Assembly: GCA_041483895.1 (NCBI GenBank)
Contig: JBGPGO010000016.1
Coordinates: forward strand, 1 to 64,000
Reading direction: 5' to 3'
DNA length: 64,000 bases
DNA from: Fimbriimonadia bacterium
GTDB lineage: Bacteria; Armatimonadota; Fimbriimonadia; Fimbriimonadales; JABRVX01
Part shown: piece by piece, positions 57,785-64,000 of the stretch
How positions within the stretch are numbered: the first letter of the stretch is position 1
Layout: each line of letters opens with the position of its first letter
Program-made: the position numbers and the translations under genes
The notes under the pieces: model-generated
Told to the model about the DNA's origin: nothing
The model's database searches: none
What the model saw: only the letters and a program-made list of their open reading frames with translations

Positions 57785-58773
57785 TAGACGCCCCCTCCGG
57801 TCATGGTCTCGACAAAGAGGTCTTCCAGCCGTTTCCGACGAGGGATGACGCTGTTGATCTGTGCGTTTCCGGTGCGAAGCAGGTCCAGCACCTGGTTCAC
57901 GCTGCCATCGTCCGGCACATCCACAATCAGGCGGCCGTCGCTGAGCGAGACGATTGCGCCGTTGCCCTGCAGCTTGTCGTGCATCTCTTGGCTCGCATGG
58001 TCGGCGATAACTTCCACCCTTCCACCGGCAAGCAGTTCATCGAGCGTCCCTTCCTTCACCACATCCCCTTTATCCATCATCACCACTCGATCGCAGATCC
58101 GTTCCACATCCGATAGTTCGTGCGAGCTGATGAAAATCGTTTTTCCTTCGTCCCGGAGCTGCAGGATCAGGTTCCTGATTTCGATATGCGCAACGGGATC
58201 GAGGCCGCCGGTCGGTTCATCCAGGAAGAGAATCCTCGGTTCGTTCAAGAGGCATTGGGCTAGACCGATTCGTTGCTGCATGCCCTTGGAATACTGGCCA
58301 ATCGGTTTGCGCGCGTCACCGGCCAGACCGACCTGTTCCAGCAGCTTCTCAATCCTCTGCTTTCGTTCCAAACCGCCTATATGGAAGAGTCGGGCATAAA
58401 AGTCCAAAATCTCCGCGCCGGTCATGTGGTCGTAATAATACGGCTTCTCGGGGAGATAGCTCAATTGATAGTGAGTTTGGACGTCCATGCAGTCGTGGCC
58501 CATGATCCAGGCTTGGCCGGATGTTGGATAGATGATGCCGAGCAGAATCTTGATTGCGGTAGTCTTCCCTGCTCCATTGGGACCGAGCAGACCGAAAATC
58601 TCACCCTCTTTGACTTCGATATTGAGATTATTTACAACGTTTCTCTTCCCCGTCCACCGGGAAGAATAGGTCTTTGTTAGGTTTTCTGTTCGAATGGCAG
58701 CCGTCAAGGGCGCCTCCTGTCTGGGCATTCCAAGTGAACCTGAATTATACTGGCCGCTTGGATTTGCTGTCAA
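57784..58773 (-). CDS. ABC transporter ATP-binding protein (PilH/CcmA-like)
   Basis: GPNGAGKTT, YSKGMQQR, LDEPTGGLDP, SSHEL, LEDLF; start could be ATG 58728. Confidence 0.93.
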   Translation of the reverse strand: MTANPSGQYNSGSLGMPRQEAPLTAAIRTENLTKTYSSRWTGKRNVVNNLNIEVKEGEIFGLLGPNGAGKTTAIKILLGIIYPTSGQAWIMGHDCMDVQTHYQLSYLPEKPYYYDHMTGAEILDFYARLFHIGGLERKQRIEKLLEQVGLAGDARKPIGQYSKGMQQRIGLAQCLLNEPRILFLDEPTGGLDPVAHIEIRNLILQLRDEGKTIFISSHELSDVERICDRVVMMDKGDVVKEGTLDELLAGGRVEVIADHASQEMHDKLQGNGAIVSLSDGRLIVDVPDDGSVNQVLDLLRTGNAQINSVIPRRKRLEDLFVETMTGGGV

Positions 58774-58994
58774 CGAAGGGTATTTTCAGCTACCCGGTAG
58801 AAATAATGTGCCTTGATGTAGGCATTTGCTCGCTTTTTTTCATTGCAATCGAACCAAATCGTGTGGTAAACCCGTATATAAGGTTGGATAACAAAAACCT
58901 AACAGACCGCTCATACTCTCGGTGGTCTTAACGAATTCCACCGTTCTTCGCGAGAGGAACGAAAGAGAGAACGAGTCAGGTCGGAAAAACAGAT

Positions 58995-59040
58995 TGCGGG
59001 AATGTGCTTTGCTCTCCTTTCGGCATTCCCGCATTTTTTT
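58995..59040 (+). terminator. Intrinsic terminator on + strand with no + strand CDS upstream
   Basis: TGCGGGAATG-19nt-CATTCCCGCA-TTTTTTT. Confidence 0.6.
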
Positions 59041-59093
59041 GTCTGGATTTCTGACGATTTCAGATTGAAAAGCCTTCCCTTTTGCACTTGCAA

Positions 59094-59150
59094 GGCGCGG
59101 GACAGCATTGGGACGCCGCATCGAATTGCCGACCCAGAGTCCCGCGTGGG
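59094..59150. repeat. Degenerate family E-related palindrome
   Basis: CGCGGGAC..GTCCCGCG; TCGAATTGCCGACCCAGAGTCCCGCGT resembles the reverse complement of 11920-11947. Confidence 0.5.
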
Positions 59151-59300
59151 AGGGTTGGATTCTTATCCCTTCACCGTCGTACTTTGAAGGGGGCGGGAAT
59201 TTCTGACATCCAATCGTTATGGCATTTCCGCTGTGGTCAAACGCGGGCCTTTGGAACTGGCGGACGGAAGAACATCGGCAAACTGGCCCGCGCCGACTGA

Positions 59301-60830
59301 TTAATTGCCGCCGCCGCCAAAATCCCCACCGCCTCCAAAGTCGCCACCGCCACCGAAATCTCCCCCACCACCGAAATCTCCGCCTCCACCAAGGTCCCCG
59401 CCTCCTCCAAAATCCCCGCCGCCGCCAAAGTCGCCGGATGAGAAGCTCCCCGCATCGAGATCAGGACCGCTGGAGGGAGCGCCACCGATATAGTCCGGCG
59501 GGGCGCTGCTCCATCCACCCCAGCCGCCGCCCCAATCGCCCCAGCCGCTGTAGCCGTAGTGGTTGTAGCCGCCGTAGCCCCAGCCGTATCCATATCCACC
59601 CCCGTACCACCAATTCCAGGGCGACAGAGCGCTAGAAAGAGCCGAAATTGCCAGATAGTCCCAGAGGAACGAGCGGTCGTTATACATCGTCATCGGGTTG
59701 TAGCCTTGGACTTGGTACCAGGGCATCACCTGCCCGTTTTGGTTCAGCGTTCGCACCTGAGCGTTGCCCTGTTGCGCGGCCGCGAAGCATTCGTTGCAGG
59801 CCAAAACGGATCGCCGGTTGCCTCCAATCGTCATGGTGACGGGCGTCAGCTCGCTTGCCTGGCACGGCTTGCTGCAGAAGAAGCAGGTGTTCTCAACCGG
59901 CTGGAACACGTCGCCTTGCTTACCGTCCAGCTCCACGCCCGCTCCGGGAAGAAGGGCTACCGCGGTCCCGCCTGTCGCGGTTTCGATGTGCGCCTTTCCC
60001 GCCTGGGTATCGCGTTGCGCATCTTGGTAGAAGGCAATCGCCTGGCGATATTGATTCGTGGTCGGCTGCTTTCCAACCCGATTGTCCCCTTCCGTCAGCT
60101 TTGCGGCGGCCTGTTGGCGGACCTTCATCAGCTCATCCGCATCCTGCCCCTTGAACATTCCTTCATAGCCGTCCATATAGCTGATCCCCTCGATGGCGCG
60201 GCCCTTTTCCTGCGCGGCGATTTTCTGCAGCCTGCCGAGCTGCATCTTCCGGTTGGCGATGGTCGCAATCACAATGAACGCGATGATCCCCACGGGAATG
60301 GCGATGACCACGAACCAGACCGAATTCTTGGTTGTCTTTGCCGCTGAAATCCGAGAATTGAGGGCCTGGACATAGCTGACGAGCCCTTCGGTCGTCGGCT
60401 TGGTTCCAACGAGCGACAGGCTTTCGCGGGTGATCGAGTCCAGCTGTTTCCGGTTCAACACGTCCGAGTAGGCGCCGACGCCCCGATTGGTCATCACGAC
60501 GACCATGCCGTTCTTTATCCCCAAAGCTTCCATCAGTCCCTTGGAATAGCTGACCCGATCCTCCTTGCCGGAGCGCATATACCGCGCGGGAAATGTCCGG
60601 CTGGAGATGATCACAATCTTTGTTGGGACCTTGCTATTTTTTGCGGCCGCCTCCAACTTCCCGCGGTCGAACAGATGATCACTTTCCGCTTTCACCGGGA
60701 TAAACACGTCCGAGGTTCGCAGCACTTCGAGCGGATTGTCGGACCGCAATTGGGCAAGCACAGGACCGATTAGCGATACGGCCAGCGCGAGGACGAACAA
60801 AACACGAGAAAGCCTGTTAGTCATCATCAC
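59301..60830 (-). CDS. Membrane protein with TPM-like N-domain, CxxC..CxxC module and Gly-rich tail
   Basis: Signal peptide, single TM, CFFC..CNEC, aromatic/Gly-rich tail ending in 7x D[F/L]GGGG. Confidence 0.8.
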   Translation of the reverse strand: MMMTNRLSRVLFVLALAVSLIGPVLAQLRSDNPLEVLRTSDVFIPVKAESDHLFDRGKLEAAAKNSKVPTKIVIISSRTFPARYMRSGKEDRVSYSKGLMEALGIKNGMVVVMTNRGVGAYSDVLNRKQLDSITRESLSLVGTKPTTEGLVSYVQALNSRISAAKTTKNSVWFVVIAIPVGIIAFIVIATIANRKMQLGRLQKIAAQEKGRAIEGISYMDGYEGMFKGQDADELMKVRQQAAAKLTEGDNRVGKQPTTNQYRQAIAFYQDAQRDTQAGKAHIETATGGTAVALLPGAGVELDGKQGDVFQPVENTCFFCSKPCQASELTPVTMTIGGNRRSVLACNECFAAAQQGNAQVRTLNQNGQVMPWYQVQGYNPMTMYNDRSFLWDYLAISALSSALSPWNWWYGGGYGYGWGYGGYNHYGYSGWGDWGGGWGGWSSAPPDYIGGAPSSGPDLDAGSFSSGDFGGGGDFGGGGDLGGGGDFGGGGDFGGGGDFGGGGDFGGGGN

Positions 60831-61161
60831 CCTCCATTACGCCGTTTTCCGGCGGACGGTTGCGAATTCGCGTCGCGAACAGTTTGGCCTGCCAGTAGGT
60901 TAGAGCCGGGATGGCGAAAAAGGCCAAAACGATGCCTGTCTCCGGGCCGGACCCGTTGGCGCCGAACAGCCGCGATATGATCAGGAGCGAAACAACAACG
61001 AGCGGCAGCGTCGCGATGAATGCCGCGCGAAAAGCGATGTTGTCGTATTCTGGCAGCCACCGCACGCCACATTTGAGGCAGATGAATGTGAAATAACGAA
61101 ACGTCACGTATGTGAATATGCAATAGCCGACGACGGCGTACAGGATGCCGAATATCTCCAT
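60817..61161 (-). CDS. Small membrane protein
   Basis: Three hydrophobic segments; tightly coupled between purB and the next gene. Confidence 0.65.
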   Translation of the reverse strand: MEIFGILYAVVGYCIFTYVTFRYFTFICLKCGVRWLPEYDNIAFRAAFIATLPLVVVSLLIISRLFGANGSGPETGIVLAFFAIPALTYWQAKLFATRIRNRPPENGVMEGDDD

Positions 61162-61162
61162 G

Positions 61163-62458
61163 CTACGGTTCCAGGCCTACGGCTTTGAGCGTGTGCTTGG
61201 CGTTTCGCAAGTGATGATCGAGGCTGAGCGCTTGGTCGAGTCCGTGTGCGCCGAGAAGCTCGCACACCTTTGGTTCGCTTTCCAACGCTTCGCGGAAGCT
61301 GCCTCCGGCCCAGGCGGCTGACGCTGCCCGCTGAACGATAGCATATCCCTCTTCCCTTGGCAATCCCTTTTGGACGAGCGCCAACATGACATGCTCGCTG
61401 AATACCGTGTCGCCCAGGAGGCGCAGGTTGGCCATCATTCGCTCTTTGTCTGCGCGGAGGCCTTGGAGGATGGAATTGAGCTTCGTTACCATGAAATGGA
61501 TCAGGTGGAAGCTGTCCGGCAGGATGATCCGCTCCACGCTGGAGTTGCTGAGATCGCGCTCATGCCAGGTGGCGACGCTCTCCAACATCGCCAGGGCGTT
61601 TCCGCGAAGAACGCGGGCGAGGCCGCAGAGGGTCTCGCTGTTCCACGGATTCTTTTTGTGCGGCATGGCGCTGGAGCCTGTTTGGCCCTGCGAGAACCCT
61701 TCCTCGACCTCGCTTATCTCCGTGCGTTGCAGGTTCCTCAGCTCGGTCGCGATCCGCTCGATGGTTGCGCCGAGGCCCGCGAGGCAATTGAGCAAGTTCG
61801 CATGGCGGTCGCGGCTCACGATCTGCGTCGCGGCCGGATCCGGTCTCAGCCCCAACTGAGTGCAGACCGTCGCTTCGATTCTTGGATCCAGCGTCCCATG
61901 GATGCCGACCGCGCCGGATATCTTGCCTACAGACAACTCCTCCTGGCAACGCACAAGGCGACCCGACCAGCGGGACAGTTCAGCGTGCCACCCGGCAACT
62001 TTGAACCCGAAGGTGATCGGCTCGGCATGGATGCCGTGGGTGCGGCCCATCATCGGCGTCTCCACATGCTCCTTCGCCATCCGGCCCACCGTCGATTTCA
62101 GATTCGTCAAGGCGCCGTTGACAACCGACAACGACTCTCCCAGCATCAGCGCAAGCGAAGTGTCGATGATGTCGTAGGACGTGACGCCGAAGTGGACATA
62201 TCGTCCGGCGGGCCCCACCTCCTCCGCCACGTTGCGCACGAACGCCATCAGGTCGTGGCGGGTCTCCCTTTCCAACTCCGCCATTCGTCCCAGATCGAAT
62301 TTCGCCTTGCTCTTGATCTCCGCGACGGCCTCCGCCGGGATCAGCCCTTCTTCCGCCAGAGCCTCACAGACAGCGATCTCCACCCGCAGCCAGGTTCGAG
62401 TCCGCGCTTCCAAATTCCAGATTGCATCGATTTCCGGGGTGCTGTATCGTTCAATCAT
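61163..62458 (-). CDS. purB: Adenylosuccinate lyase
   Basis: MIERYS, HDLMAF, GRTHGIHAEP, GSSAMPHKKNP, WHERDLSNSSVER. Confidence 0.98.
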   Translation of the reverse strand: MIERYSTPEIDAIWNLEARTRTWLRVEIAVCEALAEEGLIPAEAVAEIKSKAKFDLGRMAELERETRHDLMAFVRNVAEEVGPAGRYVHFGVTSYDIIDTSLALMLGESLSVVNGALTNLKSTVGRMAKEHVETPMMGRTHGIHAEPITFGFKVAGWHAELSRWSGRLVRCQEELSVGKISGAVGIHGTLDPRIEATVCTQLGLRPDPAATQIVSRDRHANLLNCLAGLGATIERIATELRNLQRTEISEVEEGFSQGQTGSSAMPHKKNPWNSETLCGLARVLRGNALAMLESVATWHERDLSNSSVERIILPDSFHLIHFMVTKLNSILQGLRADKERMMANLRLLGDTVFSEHVMLALVQKGLPREEGYAIVQRAASAAWAGGSFREALESEPKVCELLGAHGLDQALSLDHHLRNAKHTLKAVGLEP

Positions 62459-62464
62459 CGGCTC

Positions 62465-63058
62465 TTACGGTACCCCCAACACGGTGAGGAATGTCGGCAC
62501 GTCATGAGGCGCCGAAACCTCGAGCCCTTCGCCTACCGATCGGATGGCCCGGCCCAGCACCGATCCCTCTTCTCGCGTCCAGTGGATCAGCGTCCGCCTC
62601 CAAGGCGAGCGCTTGATGACCGCCGTTCCGATCCATCCGGTCTGGACCTGTTTGAACCGCGTGACCACGATGGCGTCGCCGAACCGCAACCGGACCTCCG
62701 GCTCTTTGGCCGCCTTCCCGTATGCGACCTTTGGTTCCGCTGCCGCCAACTCGGGTACCCCACTCGCCATTGCCGCAAATCGAAGGTATGTGTCCAGTTC
62801 CGGCCCAACGATTCGCACAATGCGTTCCGTCACAACCACGCGATAGCGGCAGGCCGACATTCGATCGAGAGCATCCGAAGCGAGCATCAGCGCGTCCGCA
62901 CAGTCATCGCACCCCTCAAGATGCTGCAAACCCGCCGGATCAGCGAGGCCGGCAGCAAGCTCCTCATCCCCCAGGCAGTCGCCAACCGCCGCGCCGCTGC
63001 CGCGCAATCCGGCGCGGATCAGGCGCTCCAGTTGCTCCCATTCGCCGTTTCTAGCCAT
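62465..63058 (-). CDS. Putative zinc-finger (ZAS-type) anti-sigma factor
   Basis: CL..E.L ... HLEGCDDC (HxxxCxxC); overlaps the upstream sigma gene; no TM segment. Confidence 0.6.
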   Translation of the reverse strand: MARNGEWEQLERLIRAGLRGSGAAVGDCLGDEELAAGLADPAGLQHLEGCDDCADALMLASDALDRMSACRYRVVVTERIVRIVGPELDTYLRFAAMASGVPELAAAEPKVAYGKAAKEPEVRLRFGDAIVVTRFKQVQTGWIGTAVIKRSPWRRTLIHWTREEGSVLGRAIRSVGEGLEVSAPHDVPTFLTVLGVP

Positions 63059-63635
63059 CGTCTTCCTCTTGCATCAGCTTTCTCAATTCGACCAGATTTC
63101 TATGGTGGATCTGCCGCACCGATGCCTGCGTGCGGCCCAAATCCCGCGCAATGACGTCATACCCATCGTCCGACCAATACCGCCTGCGAATAAGCCCCCG
63201 GCACTCCGCATGTTCCAACCGGCCGATCATTTGCAGCAGCGCAACCCGCGTTGGCACCCGGCCCAGATCGGCATCGGCGACCGCGTACTCTTCCAACTTC
63301 TCTTCCCGTACGTGCCCGGCAAGAGCCGCGTTCCTTCGCGCCAATCGCCCGGCGACAACCGCCAGCCAATGCTGGAACGGGGTCCCCGGACGAGCCGCAA
63401 ACGTCCTCAATCGATTCCATCCCGAATCACCCTTCAGGTGAACGTACAGATCTGACAGCAGGTCCCCAATCGGCATTTTGCATCGGCCCGCTACCGTTCG
63501 CAAGAGCGGCTCGTTGCGGGCGGTCAATTCTTTCCATAACTCGTTCGCCTCCTCGTCCGCGGCATCGGGGATGCGGGCGGCCAGCCGTTCGTCCGTTTCC
63601 CCCTTCAGCCCCCTAGACTCGTGCAGCGCGCTCAT
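63051..63635 (-). CDS. ECF-type sigma-70 factor
   Basis: TDERL, LRTF....[11 protein letters not shown] (region 2), [21 protein letters not shown] (region 4). Confidence 0.75.
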   Translation of the reverse strand: MSALHESRGLKGETDERLAARIPDAADEEANELWKELTARNEPLLRTVAGRCKMPIGDLLSDLYVHLKGDSGWNRLRTFAARPGTPFQHWLAVVAGRLARRNAALAGHVREEKLEEYAVADADLGRVPTRVALLQMIGRLEHAECRGLIRRRYWSDDGYDVIARDLGRTQASVRQIHHRNLVELRKLMQEEDDG

Positions 63636-63644
63636 TTGTGACAG

Positions 63645-64000
63645 CTACTCGAGACTTTTTTTCGCGACGGCATCGGCCATGTCGGATTTCATCTGTTTGA
63701 ACCTGTCTGTGAGGCCGGGATCGGCGGTGGCGAGGATTTGGATCGCAAGCAGTGCGGCGTTCTTCGCGCCGTCGATGGCGACGGTGGCAACTGGCACCCC
63801 CGGCGGCATCTGCACGGTGGCGAGGAGGGCGTCTTGCCCCTGCAGTGCGCCGGCCGAGATGGGGATGCCGATGACGGGCAGGTGGGTTTGGGCGGCGACC
63901 GCGCCGGCGAGATGAGCGGCGACCCCGGCGGCGCATATGAAGACCTTAATGCCTCTGCCTGGCGCCGCGTCGACGTATTCGGTGAGCAGACGCGGCGCGC
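63645..64000 (-). CDS. purE: N5-carboxyaminoimidazole ribonucleotide mutase (5' truncated by window)
   Basis: Manual translation: [61 protein letters not shown]. Confidence 0.96.
   Translation of the reverse strand, partial: APRLLTEYVDAAPGRGIKVFICAAGVAAHLAGAVAAQTHLPVIGIPISAGALQGQDALLATVQMPPGVPVATVAIDGAKNAALLAIQILATADPGLTDRFKQMKSDMADAVAKKSLE

Noticed and set aside
59230..59280. Possible c-di-GMP-I riboswitch (GGTCAAAC..GACGGAAG)
   Set aside because: No GNRA-capped P2 stem or P1 pairing, and no same-strand gene downstream.
61370..63154. 594-aa + strand ORF
   Set aside because: Antisense shadow of purB and the anti-sigma gene in GC-rich DNA; no recognisable motifs.

Overview
GC-rich bacterial chromosomal window, probably Armatimonadota (inference from the DUF1559/H-X9-DG prepilin-like protein, PEP-CTERM proteins and overall gene content). 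It is mostly housekeeping: oppDF, nuoB/nuoI, hisS, priA, larEBC, mutS, yvcK-gmk-coaBC, alaS, pepV, secG, folE plus a two-domain PTPS, alr, an RluD-type synthase, purE/purB, tRNA-Arg(GCG) and a large-type SRP RNA. Toxin-antitoxin genes and lower-GC hypothetical genes are interspersed. No prophage, CRISPR array, transposase or reverse transcriptase is seen. The most striking unexplained structure is a set of at least six short palindromic repeat families. They (i) sit in frame inside OppD, a diacylglycerol-kinase-family protein and AlaRS, (ii) overlap stop codons through terminal GTAG/GTAA motifs, (iii) appear to supply the RBS and start codon of the RluD-type gene, and (iv) in one case are flanked by a 25-bp duplication. 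Other leads: an AT-richer mosaic segment with a large insertion inside alaS, a four-helix-bundle gene bracketed by inverted 9-mer tandem repeats, two candidate orphan sRNAs, a GCG-anticodon tRNA-Arg, and widespread apparent leaderless genes. Start codons were re-chosen by eye where the ORF track overextends.
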